From the NCBI RefSeq assembly GCF_046119375.1, contig NW_027362768.1:90272001-90336000 (forward strand): a stretch of 64,000 bases of DNA, in the 5' to 3' direction. Shown here piece after piece: positions 49,096 to 60,905 of this stretch (position 1 is the first letter of the stretch; each line of letters starts with the position of its first letter). The notes below the pieces were generated by a model that was not told where the DNA came from, did no database searches, and was given only the letters and a program-made list of their open reading frames with translations. The translations under genes and the position numbers were made by a program. This DNA is from Phyllobates terribilis. Its lineage: Eukaryota.

Positions 49096-49775
49096 TGGAT
49101 TTTTAGCGCTGTAATATGGAAAGGACCTGGCTGTATTCTGCAGTGCCAACAAGCAAATGGCGCAGAAAAACCATGTTCTCTGGAATGCTTTTTATGCAAA
49201 TAATGAGGATTAAGATCCAAAGAAAAGTATTCCTGGCCCCTGAGACCTGGGCCTTTGTATAGAAATATCTAACAGCAGCAGAAGGCAGAATGGAGCCTCT
49301 TGTGCTATATGCACTGCAGTCTGCTATATACACTGCCTGCCTATATACCCTGCCTGCCTGATATCTCTGCAGATGGATTAGTCCTCAGAAGGACTGTTTG
49401 TTAAGATGGATATGTGTAATGTATGGTTTTTCTCCCTACACTACATAATACACAAGCAAATCTCTCCCTAGCTCTGCAGCACCTCTCCCTACACTGTGTG
49501 ATCCGGAGTGACTGTGGCGAGCATGGCGGTGCCAGGTTTGATATAGACCTGATGACGCTGGGTGGCTAGCCAATCACTGTAATGCCCACAACCAATATGG
49601 CTACGGCATTACAGTGCATGGCAGGCAATCCCTGTATGTTCATTGCAGGGAGGGGACCCGAGTTCCTGCCCGAGCAACCTGGAAATACTCGGCGAACGCC
49701 GAGCTTGTCGAGCACCATGATGCTCGGGCGAGTACCGAGTAGTGGCGAGCACGTTCGCTTATCACTAGTAGTAAA

Positions 49776-49975
49776 TAGTGATGAGCAAGTATGTTTTGTT
49801 AACCCTTTCACCGATTATGCTCGGGCGAGCAGAGAATATTTACAGCTGCTCGGTGTTATGTTTGAATCACTCCCATGTGCATTATTTGACACTGTTTGAC
49901 AGCTTTAATACATGTGAGGAATGTGTAAGAAATAGACATTCCTCACATGTATTAAAGCTGTCAAACAGTCACAAA
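49776..49975. mobile_element. Stub of a second hAT-family (MITE-like) element abutting the hAT2 TSD
   Basis: Starts TAGTGATGAGC immediately after the TSD. Contains a perfect 34-bp hairpin (49891-49924 and 49936-49969). The right end is lost. Confidence 0.55.
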
Positions 49976-50039
49976 TCAACAGTACTATATTGTTGCTATA
50001 CTATACAGTCCCAGTCGCCCCTATGTTCCTCTAAATACA

Positions 50040-51246
50040 GCAACAATATAGTACTGTACAAGCGCTATATAGATGACCTATTCGTGATGTGGAGGGGCAG
50101 TAAAGAGGATGCTCAGTCTCTAGTCAATGAATTGAATGAGAATACCTGGGGTATTACTTTTCTTTTCTAGTATCGAATCAAAAAAAGCAGTTTTTCTTGA
50201 TTGAGAAATTACACATGACGAAAAGAAAATAATAACGAAAACTCATTTCAAATCTGTTGATGTGAATGGCTACTTGGGGCTATCAAAGTGCCCATTACAT
50301 CAAATGAAAAAATAACATCCCTTTCAGCCAATTCCATCGAATTAGAAAAAATAATACTAAGGATTCGGATTACATCCGACAATCGGATATACTCAAAAAG
50401 AGATTTAAAGAGAAAAAGTACCCCAAGCAAATTATCGATGAGGCATATCGTATAAATTTGACTAAAACCCAAAACTGTTTGGGGAATAAGGATCAATTGC
50501 CCCATAAGGAATCCAGGGATAGTGACACTAAGAATATGAATAAATGGAACCATAATTTTATTACCTCTTATAATAAGGGGAACCAATTGTTTAGGAACAT
50601 TTTGCAAAAGCATTGGCATATCTTGAAACAAGATCCTCTCCTACGAGATATATTGCCAAAAAAAACAGGCATTACATTTAGGAGAGGAAAAACTTTAAGA
50701 AACCTCCTTGCACCGAGTCGTTTAAAAAAACTAAAACCAGGAGGCCAACCAGGGTTTTCTCAATCCAAAAACGTCTGTCCCTTGATTAGTACAAATAGAT
50801 TCACACAGAATGGCACTTATAGGTGCTTTCAGAAAAAATGTCAGTGCTGCCATATAATAACTCATGGGTCCCATTCCATTACATCGAATAGCACAGGCGA
50901 GACTTTTAATATCAAGGATCACCTGACCTGTACTAGTGACTATGTAATCTACGTTATCACATGTGATTGCGGTCTCCAGTACGTGGGTAGGACCACACAA
51001 ATGGTGAGATCCCGACTCAATGCCCACAGACATAACGCTAAAAATGGCTTATTAACACATAGCCTCTCCAGACATCTTCTTACTACCCATAACAAAAAAT
51101 TTAAAGTGAGACTTACACCGGTGGAGCAGATACCGGCTGATATTCCTAACAGGATCCAACAACTTAACAAGAAGGAGGCCTTCTGGATATATAGACTATG
51201 TTGTTTGTATCGTGATGGCCTCAACGATAAATTGGAGAATGTATAG
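50040..51246 (+). pseudogene. Penelope RT C-terminus plus GIY-YIG endonuclease (frameshifted)
   Basis: YKRYIDDLFVMW, then in ORF 50458-51246 ITFRRGKTLRNLL and YVIYVITCDCGLQYVGRT..R.NAH. Confidence 0.9.
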
Positions 51247-51933
51247 AGTTCACGGAGATATCTCAACAATCAATGTTTCATTCACTATAAATAATAATAA
51301 CCACTCCTATTAGCTCTTTTTTTTTTTTATTTTTTGAGGCGGTTTTTAGTGCGTTTTTTGATGCGTTTTTTGGTGCGTTTTTTTGGTGCTTTTTTTTTTA
51401 TGCGTTTTTTGATGCGCTTTTTGGAGCGTTTTTTTGGTGCATTTTTTTGGTGCTTTTTTTTTTTCTCTCTGCATTCCGTTCTATTACCTCTAGCATACTT
51501 ACTAATGTGAATGAAACTCCCCTTATATCTGGATTTATGAATAGATCCTTTTATTGATATACTTATTGAATGAAACTCTTCTTATATCTGGGTCTTTGAA
51601 TAGATTTTTCTACCAATGCACTTATTTTCTCCTTTCAAAGGGTAAGAAAGTGAAAGGGAAATGAAAGAAAGGGAAGGAGAAAGTATAATACCTTCTCTAC
51701 TAAAAATTTTTATTATGACAAGTATAGCTGTTTTACAATCAATATATTTTACATAATTTGTTTCTTTTACAATCAGAGGGAAATGTTGGAAAATCCTAAC
51801 TCTGAGAAAGCTGAGTCTCTATAGAATGGGATTTGGGTGTTCCAACTAAAACTAATTTACATATGGTTAGAATTATTTCATTAGGTAGGTTTTTATAGTG
51901 ACTATATAACCACCACTATTGACTCTCTTACAC

Positions 51934-51988
51934 TAGACCTGAGGAAGGCTATACATCTTTCATTTTAATAGCCGAAACGCATTGTTTT
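51934..51988 (+). ncRNA. Hammerhead ribozyme motif in the Penelope pseudo-LTR
   Basis: TAGAC-CTGAGGA-A-GGCTA(loop)TAGCC-GAAA-CGCA-TT-GTTT with a 5-bp stem II. Helix III has a G>A change. Confidence 0.6.
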
Positions 51989-52571
51989 ATATATCAGTTT
52001 TATCTATTTATGAACTTGAATAAATCTTTTGAAGAAGAAAACCCCTTTTTTTGGATAATCATTTCCTGTGACCCTGGGAGCGCTCAATCAGCCGAATACA
52101 CACTCTGAACCAAATTAAATACTCTGATAGTTAATAAATGTGCACATAAATAAAAAACTGAGCTCTGTCCATGTAAAATATACATAATTTTTTATATACA
52201 AAATACAAGAGGATGTTCTATGAAATGAAATATTTTTATTTAAAGTGGTAGATTAAATTAAGAATAAAAATTGTATTTTATTGTGAAAGTATCCCTCTAA
52301 TTGGAGATTTGTAATTTGGATGAAAAAAACAAGCTAGGTCACGATTTGTTCAAAAGGCCAAATAATAGATGTTGCAGGAGCGGCATCATCAGATCACCGG
52401 TGGTGTGGCAGGATCGGCATCATCAGGAAATGATTGGTGGCGTTGCAGGAACGGCATCTTCAGAAATTGTTTTGGTGTGGAGCCAGGTGCAGCCTCTTCA
52501 CAAGTTGTTTGGTGTTTCAGGAGCAGTATCTTCAGAAGTTTGTTTGGAAACATGTTAGAAGAAGCATTTTC

Positions 52572-52980
52572 AAATGTTATTTAGTGGTAAGTTAGGAGTG
52601 TAATTTTCAGATGTTGTTTGGTGGTAAGTTAAGAGCGGCATTTTCAGATGTTCTTTGGTGGTAAGTTAGGAGCGGCATTTTCAGATGTTCTTTGGTGGTA
52701 AGTTAGAAGCGGCATTTTCAGATGTTCTTTGGTGGTAAGTTAAGAGCGGAATTTTCAGATGTTCTTTGGTGGTAAGTTAGGAGCGGCATTTTCAGATGTT
52801 CTTTGGTGGTAAGTTAGGAGCGGAATTTTCAGATGTTCTTTGGTGGTAAGTTAGGAGCGGAATTTTCAGATGTTCTTTGGTGGTAAGTTAGGAGCGGCAT
52901 TTTCAGATGTTCTTCGGTGGTAAGTTAGGAGCGGAATTTTCAGATGTTCTTTGGTGGTAAGTTAGGAGCAGCATTTTCAC
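52572..52980. repeat. 37-bp tandem array (~11 copies) present only in unit 2
   Basis: GATGTTCTTTGGTGGTAAGTTAGGAGCGGCATTTTCA repeated head to tail with no spacers. Confidence 0.95.
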
Positions 52981-54181
52981 TAGTTGTTTAGTGTCATATT
53001 AGAAATGGCTTATTTAGAAGTTGTTTGGTGGTATATTAAGAGCAGTATCTTCAGAAGTTGTTTGGTGTTTCAGGAGCAGTATCTTCAGAAGTTGTTTGGT
53101 GTTTCAGGAGCAGCATCTTCAGAAGTTGTTTGGTGATATGTTAAGAAACGCATCTTCAGTAGTTTTTTGTTCTTGTGTCGGGAGCAGCAACATTAAATGT
53201 ACATTGGTGGTGTGGCAGGAGCAATATCACTGTCATCTGAAAATAAGCACACAAATCTGTCAGCGGGCATTTTTGTTTTTGCTATTTAAACGAATTCTTC
53301 CCATCACATCAGGGACTAACAACTGATGTGAATTCCTTCTTACAATTTACAGTAGAAGATGGATGCCTATACATATTAGATAAAACCAAAGAATTTATGT
53401 AGAATTTAGCAACTTTCTAATGTGACGTTTGGCCGCTGAATTCTCTCCTTGCTGGAAAAGTTGATGAAAGCAGAGTTGGATTTTACATGCCCCATTTTTG
53501 GTGCCCACTGAAAATATTTTTTAGATTACACCATAAGTTATATTAGTGAACTTATAATACTTCTATGTATCTCAATGAAAATGTAGCATTGTTAAACATT
53601 GATTTCCTGGCGATATGTTTTGTTTTTAGCCAAACACGTTGGTTTGCTTTTTACAATTGTGAATCTGTGGAGGACAATACGGACATTTTTAGAACAGTAA
53701 AGAAGAGACAACTCCCTTAATGTGTATGGCAACCTAGATTGCCTGAAACATAATAAATATGGTGAAATCTGCAACAAGTGGACTGTAGAGAAAGATTTAA
53801 ATTAGTAAAGACAAAGTTACTCATTGAGGAGACTTATAACCAGACAATGCTTCCCAGGAAAAAGGGTGTGCAAATTATCCTCTCTCAAAAGAAAGAAAGG
53901 GAACTCTCTTATGCCACATATAGGCCTCAAAGGTCATTGTCAATTCCAGAATGAGTCTTGCCACATGACTTAGGAAAAAGGAAAATATCATAATCTGCAC
54001 ACAGCTGTTTCACTTCAATGCAGCTAAGCTGCAATACCAGACACAACCATGGACAGATGGGGCACTGCACTACACTAACCTATAAACTACCAGATTTTTT
54101 CACATCAAAATATTTGCAGCATTTACTATACATACTGTTGATATATTGTATCATATTTACAATGTATATAAGTACACGTAC

Positions 54182-54605
54182 CTAATTCTGTCTGGTGACA
54201 GGGGCTCGGCAAATAGGGCAGGTATGAGTTTGTTGTAGCCATGTGTTTATGCATCCTCTGTGAAATGCGTGCCGGCAAGATAAATATCTGATGTCTCTTT
54301 GCAGGACATCCATACATATGGGGCAATTATCACACTCATTTTGTGTGTTGATGGCAGTGGTGGTGGTGGTTTCGGGTTCTCCTCCCGTGGTGTCAGAGTT
54401 CTCTAGCTCAGTCCTGCCTGACTGGCTGTTTGTAGGAATGTTAATATTATATTCAATATCAATAGTTAGTCTCAGATATCCAGTCGTCTCTGATGACTCG
54501 ATTCTTTGATGTGCCATGTAGTTGTTGTAAATTGATGCAATAAGGGGGCCAACGTCCTCGATTAGCTGTTGATTACTTGGCACAGCAGAATAGTCTGTCC
54601 TTCTC
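54182..54605 (-). CDS. RING-H2 finger protein, main coding exon (copy 2)
   Basis: All eight Zn ligands are conserved. Same CTTCCAG acceptor and TACTAAC branch point (54623-54629). Predicted 152 aa with exon 55031-55065. Confidence 0.8.
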
Positions 54606-55030
54606 CTGGAAGGTGCATCAGTGTTAGTAATGGGCCCTGAAAAAGAAATAGTACAGATGTAATCAACCTATAACAGATCTCTATGGGACTATAACATCAG
54701 CTAAATGGTACCATTGTCTGGGAAGTCTTATTGGTCCTCACCCTGAGCCAGTGAGTGTAATGTAGAGGTGTGATTTGTATGGAAATGCTATATGAAGTGT
54801 ATATTGTGTATGAAACCACTGTGTCCTTTCATCCAGGATCTAAATATTATCGGGTTAGAAATGTATAGTAGACAAACTACAGAAAGAGAATGGAATAAAG
54901 CACGTGACACGTTTTAGTGATGTCACAACTCTATATATAGTATACACATTGTATTCTTTTGCCTTTGATGTAGGTTGAGAATTTGGGGAGGAAGCACCTG
55001 GATGGTTGAAATTATCGGAATTTCCGAAAC

Positions 55031-55065
55031 CTGTTGCTCCTCCTGTCTCTCCTCCTAGGTGGCAT
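55031..55065 (-). CDS. Predicted first coding exon (MPPRRRDRRSN+AG) of RING gene copy 2
   Basis: 35 nt ending AG|GT, with a 425-nt intron identical in length to copy 1. Confidence 0.5.
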
Positions 55066-56334
55066 GTCGCTAAGTCTCTCTTCTTTACAAATCCTTGTAA
55101 AACAAGGGAGCCAAAACACTACGAATGTCCAATGAGAAGCGGCAGCGGGATGCTGATGTGGAAGGGTTTAATGCTGAGAATTCTATATGTCACACTCACC
55201 AAAGATCCTTTTGTCATGGCGACATTTCCAACACCAGAATCGATATACACTGATATTATAACACTAGTGACTAGCAGAACTGGTGTTATATTAGTTATTG
55301 CTTTCACTGCACATAGAGAAAAATGGCAATAAACGACCAAAACCGCTGACCAGTAATGGGACTTTAAGACCGTACAATCTATAAACCCTAATAATCTGCA
55401 CATGTAAAGATATGGAATAAATGGCGCTATAATAATAAATTATATTAATAATAATAATAATCTGTCTATTCTAACTCTTATACTCTACTAAATGAAATTG
55501 TTAAGTTGTCATTATCTGAATTTACTTTTTTGTGGGGTTATTTTCTTTTTGGGGGAGATTATTGTAGGATTTTCATTGGTGATGTTGCAGGGAGTTGTAG
55601 CACTACAGTATTTGATAAAAACCCATAATTCAGTCTTCATGCTCTTTTTCTACAATTACTACTTTGAGCGCCCTCATCTGGGACTGACTGACTAAGTTCT
55701 GAGTGAGCAACACGGGTAATGTGTTTAGGAAAATGACATCTAAATATGGAGATTGATTTTACTGGTTTTAAGGAGATTTCCATTTGTACTGTTTTGAATA
55801 AAAATGCAAAAACATATAAGGGAAAAAAGTAGCAAGAGAACACAGCTCCGGGCCCATTTATATGGTGGGGAGACCCACTATGATAGTGCAGGAGAGAAGG
55901 GCAGGACATGAGAAAAACTGGACAATATAAAGGGGGACATATTGGAAACAAAAGAGTAGGGGACAACACACAGGTCAGGTACAATCACCAGCATTCTACT
56001 ACTACCAGGAAAACGTGCCAGTTCTTCAGAGGATTTACAATGAGAAGTAGCTTAGGACTAAGGCTGGGGTATTAGTATTTTTAAGAGCACAGAAGGGGGG
56101 CACAAAGAGAGATTAATAATTTGGAGGTACAAGGGGGTTATTAGCTGTCCTCAACTGCATATCTTTTTTCAATTGAAGAAAGCTGGTGGACATATCTGGG
56201 GCCATGATCCGCCATCAACTGGCATTTTGAGAACAGGAGATCGGTGCAGTCTATTAGGAAGTTGTATTAACAAGTGCAGGAGGTGAACCTGTCAATTGAA
56301 AAATCAATGGTTGAATTTACCGGAAATCCGGAAC

Positions 56335-56369
56335 CTATTGTTTCTTCTTTCTCTCCTCCTACGCGGCAT
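56335..56369 (-). other. Paralogous 35-nt Arg-rich mini-exon candidate, unit 2
   Basis: Identical to 25508-25542. Confidence 0.35.
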
Positions 56370-56577
56370 GTCTCTCGTCTTTGTGAATCCTTGTAAGACA
56401 AGGGAGCCAAAACTCTACTATCCAATAATGTCTCAATGAGAAATGGCAGCAGAATCCTGATGTGGAAGGGTTTTGTGCTGAGAATTCTAGATGTCACAAT
56501 CACCAAAGTTCCATTCGTCATGGCGACATATCTGACACCAGAACCGGTGTGCAATTATATTATAACACTAGTGACTA

Positions 56578-57744
56578 ATAATAATAATAATAATAATAAT
56601 AATTTTTATTTATATAGTGTCAACATATTCCGCAGCACTTTATAATTAAGCGGCGACATGTACAGACAATAAATCCAATACAAGTTAAGACAGTTTAAAC
56701 AGTTACATTAGGAGTGAGTCCCTGCGGTCCCTGCTCACAAGCTTACAATCTACAAGGATATGGGAGGACACAATAGGTGAAAAGTGCTTGTTATTTCAGG
56801 TTTGGCAATTATGATTAATAGGGATTTTCATATAAGGCTGCATGATCCGGTCATCAGTCAGTATGTTTAAGTGCAATAATCAAGTATCGAGTGCAGTTAT
56901 CGTGTGCGTGGAGGGTGTGGAGACAGATGAATAGTAGGGAGCAGATTCAGAATAATATTTAGAAGGAGAGAACAGGGGAAAGTTAGTTACTGAGTAGTTG
57001 AGGTGGTAGGCTTGTTTAAAGAGATGGGTTTTTAAAGCGCACTTGAACACATGGGGGCTAGGCATCCGTCAGATCGTCTGTGGTAGTGTATTCCTGAAAA
57101 CTGGTGGAGCACGAGAAGAAGTCTTGGAGACGGAGGTGCGAGGTTCGGATTATGGGGGATGTTAGTCTTAGGTCATTTGTAGAATGGAGGGCACGTGTAG
57201 GGCGATAGACAGAAATGAGAGAAGAGATATAAGGTGGTGCAGAACTGTGAAGAGCTTTGTGGGTGAGAGCGATGAGTTTATATTGGACCCTGTAGCGAAT
57301 GGGTAACCAGTGTAGTGACTGGCACAAGATGGAGGCATTGGTGAAGCGGCTGGACAGAAATACGATCCTGGCTGCCACATTCAAGACGGATTGGAGAGGA
57401 TAAAGTTTGGTGAGAGGGAGACTGATCAGAAGAGAGTTGCAGTAGTCCAGACGGGAGTAAATAAGAGTGACAGTAAGAGTTTTAGCAATTTCAAAGGTGA
57501 GAAAAGGTTGAATTCTGGAGATGTTTGTAAGATGCAGGTGACAAGAGTGAGTGAGTGATCGGATGTAGGGAGTAAAGGAAAGGTTAGTATCGAATATGAC
57601 CCCAGGGCAGTGGGCGTGCTGCTTGGGAGTTATTGTTGAACCCTCCAAGGTAATTTCGATGTTAGGTAGAATTAGGTTAGTTGAGGGGAGAAACACAAGA
57701 AGTTCAGTTTTGGAGAGATTCAGTTTAAGATAGAGGGAGGACAT
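56578..57744 (-). mobile_element. 5'-truncated L2 LINE, copy 2 (uninterrupted)
   Basis: ORF 57058-57822 contains LKLNLSKTE, SRLDYCNSLL and SLHWLPIRYRVQYK. (ATT)n tail. Confidence 0.92.
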
Positions 57745-58799
57745 GACTAGTATAATTGATGTGATATTAGTTATCCCTTTCACTGTATATCGAGGAAAGT
57801 GGCAATAAAAGACCAAAACCACTGATTAGCAATAGCTTCTGGTATTTTAGCACAGAATTAGAGCAGCAGACTGCAGAATAGGTGTGAATGTGGTCATAGC
57901 AATCTGATGTAGTTTATCTCTTACAATAATATAACTATGAAAAAACATTAAAGAAGAACTATTTCTATTGTTCATTGCAGGACTTTCTTCTTAATACACT
58001 TATATTAAAATATCATCATTTGTATTTAATAATTTAAAGTTAAATGAGTGGGAGAAACGCAGTCCTGCTAAAGAATAGGAAAAATCTTGTGGTATCTTTA
58101 CAAAGCATTCTCTGGTACATGGACAAAAAACGCATATCAGGACTGGACCAGTGTCTTCCTTAGGCCACATTATGGGATGAGGAAGACACTGGTTCAGTGC
58201 CAAAACACATAGCTGGTTTACTGTTTTCCCTAATATCTCATTAAATGTTTGAAAGACTTAGACAATAGTAAAGGGTTGCTTCCACTGCTTTTCTTTTATT
58301 GATCTATTGTAAGGATAGTTCATCATTATTAGATCAGTGGTGGTCTGACATCCAACTATCAGCTGTTGAAAATGCTGGTGACAGCCAGATGTTAGCAGTT
58401 GTAGAGCTGAACAGCACAGTTATGTCAACCATGTAGTGGCTGTTGTCGGGTACTACACATATACCTCTATTTAAATGAATGGATGCGGATATCTAGTACC
58501 CGGCCAAAGTCATGTTCTGGTGTAAATCTTGCAAAATTTAATGACTCAATTCGCAAAAAAGTAATTGTACGTTCTTGAGCATTCAGGCATCTGCTAACAC
58601 AAGAAGGAAAGACATTAGCAATGATCTTAGAGAAGCAATTATTGCTGCACACCAATCTGGGAAGGGTTATAAGGTAATTTCCAGACAACTTGCAGTCCAT
58701 TATTACACAGCAAACAATATTCATATATGGAAAACATTCAAGACAGCAGACAATCTTCCCAAGAGAAGACATCCCACCAAAATCACCCCAACAACAGAC

Positions 58800-60905
58800 T
58801 GTTAGAATCTACAGTACAGACCAAAAGTTTGGACACACCTTTTCATTTAAAGATTTTTCTGTATTTTCATGACTATGAAAATTGTACATTCACACTGAAG
58901 GCATCAAAACTATGAATTAACACATGTGGAATTATATACTTAACAAAAAAGTGTGAAACAGCTGAAAATATGTCTTATATTCTAGGTTCTTCAAAGTAGC
59001 CACCTTTTGCTTTGATGATTGCTTTGCATACTCTTGGCATTCTCTTGATGAGCTTCAAGAGGTAGTCACCAGAAATGGTCTTCCAGCAATCTTGAAGGAG
59101 TTCCCAGAGATGCTTAGCACTTGTTGGCCCTTTTGCCTTCACTCTGCGGTCCAGCTCACCACAAACCATCTCGATTGGGTTCAGGTCTGGTGACTGTGGA
59201 GGCCAGGTCATCTGGCGTAGCACCCCATGACTCTCCTTCTTGGTCAAATAGCCCTTACACAGCCTGGAGGTGTGTTTGGGGTCATTGTCCTGTTGAAAAA
59301 TAAATGATGATCCAACTAAACGCAAACCGGATTGAATAGCATGCCGCTGCAAGATGCTGTGGTAGCCATGCTGGTTCAGTATGCCTTCAATTTTGAATAA
59401 ATCTCCAACAGTGTCACCAGCAAAGCACCCCCACACCATCACACCTCCTCCTCCATGCTTCACGGTGGGAACCAGGCATGTAGAGTTCACCTTTTCTGCA
59501 TCGCACAAAGACACGGTGGTTGGAACCAAAGATCTCAAATTTGGACTCATCAGACCAAAGCACAGATTTCCACTGCTCTAATGTCCATTCCTTGTGTTCT
59601 TTAGCCCAAACTTGTCTCTTCTGCTTGTTGCCTGTCCTTAGCAGTGATTTCCTAGCAGCTATATTACCATGAAGGCCTGTTGCACAAAGTCTCCTCTTAA
59701 CAGTTGTTGTAGAGATGTGTCTGCTGCTAGAACTCTGTGTGGTATTGACCTGGTCTCTAATCTGAGCTGCTGTTAACCTGCGATTTCTGAGGCTGGTGAC
59801 TTGGATAAACTTATCCTCACAAGCAGAGGTGACTCTTGGTCTTCCTTTCCTGCGGCGGTCCTCATGTGAGCCAGTTTCTTTGTAGCGCTTGATGGTTTTT
59901 GCAACTGAACTTGGGGACACTTTCAAAGTTTGCCCAATTTTTCAGACTGACTGACCTTCATTTCTTAAAGTAATGATGGCCACTCGTTTTACTTTACTTA
60001 GCTGCTTTTTTCTTGCCATAATACAAATTCTAACAGTCTGTTCAGTAGGACTATCAGCTGTGTATCCACCTGACTTCTGCACAACACAACTTATGGTCCC
60101 AACCCCATTTATAAGGCAAGAAATCCCACTTATTAAACCTGACAGGGCACACCTGTGAAGTGAAAACCATTTCCGGTGACTACCTCTTGAAGCTCATCAA
60201 GAGAATGCCAAGAGTGTGCAAAGCAGTCATCAAAGCAAAAGGTGGCTAATTTGAAGAACCTAGACTATAAGACATATTTTCAGTTGTTTCACACTTTTTT
60301 GTTAAGTATATAATTCCACATGTGTTAATTCATAGTTCTGATGCCTTCAGTGTGAATGTACAATTTTCATAGTCAAGAAAATACAGAAAAATCTTTAAAT
60401 GAGAAGGTGTGTCCAAACTTTTGGTCTGTACTGTATGTTGTTTTACTTTTGGCCATCTTTTTGTGGTTTGCTGGCTTCTAGTCTTTTCCTCTGGTGCTGG
60501 GTTTCTTGATCACGTGATCTCCTCAGTCTTTAATACTCAGCACCTGTCTCCCATTCCTCGCTGGACAACAGTATTGTTTCGCTTGTGCTCTGGCTAAGTT
60601 GCCTTGTTAGTTCTCTGAGCTTTGGTTAAATTGACATCCTGGGACTTATTATTCCACAAGTTTTGTTTCCTTTCATTTTCGTTTCTGCAACTTACTTTTC
60701 TTTTGGAGGTAACTTATTTTTGCTCCCAGTCCTTAGATCTTTTAGGGACTCCCTTTCCCCTTCCTTCAGGTCTTCGTTTGAGTTCAGTGCAGGAGCGTTG
60801 GTGGGGCTATTCACAAGAAATAGGGCACCCATCCATAAAGCTGAGTCTCAGTGCAGGGACAGCTTCTCCCCCTATTCCTTAGTTCTAAGTTGCAGTATCC
60901 TAACA
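58800..60905. mobile_element. ~480-bp solo LTR E, interrupted by Tc1 E
   Basis: TGTTAGAAT...ATCCTAACA termini with 5-bp TSD CAGAC (58795-58799 and 60906-60910). The empty site is in unit 1 (~30948). Confidence 0.85.
58812..60433 (-). mobile_element. Tc1/mariner element E with ~265-bp TIRs and a frameshifted transposase
   Basis: TIR CAGTACAGACCAAAAGTTTGGACACACC with TA flanks. ORFs 59414-59926 and 58975-59550 carry [14 protein letters not shown] and SPDLNPIE. Confidence 0.95.

Larger units (their letters stand above)
33789..49767 (-). mobile_element. hAT DNA transposon 2 (16 kb including nested Gypsy)
   Basis: TIRs TAGTGATGAGCGA and TCGCTTATCACTA. 8-bp TSD GTAGTAAA (33781-33788 and 49768-49775). 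CTCGG/CCGAG subterminal motifs. Confidence 0.95.
49980..52108 (+). mobile_element. 5'-truncated Penelope-like retroelement
   Basis: RT YIDD motif, GIY-YIG endonuclease and a downstream pseudo-LTR with a hammerhead motif. Confidence 0.88.

Noticed and set aside
52572-52980. 37-bp direct repeats resembling a CRISPR array
   Set aside because: The units are head to tail with no unique spacers, there are no cas genes, and the context is eukaryotic.
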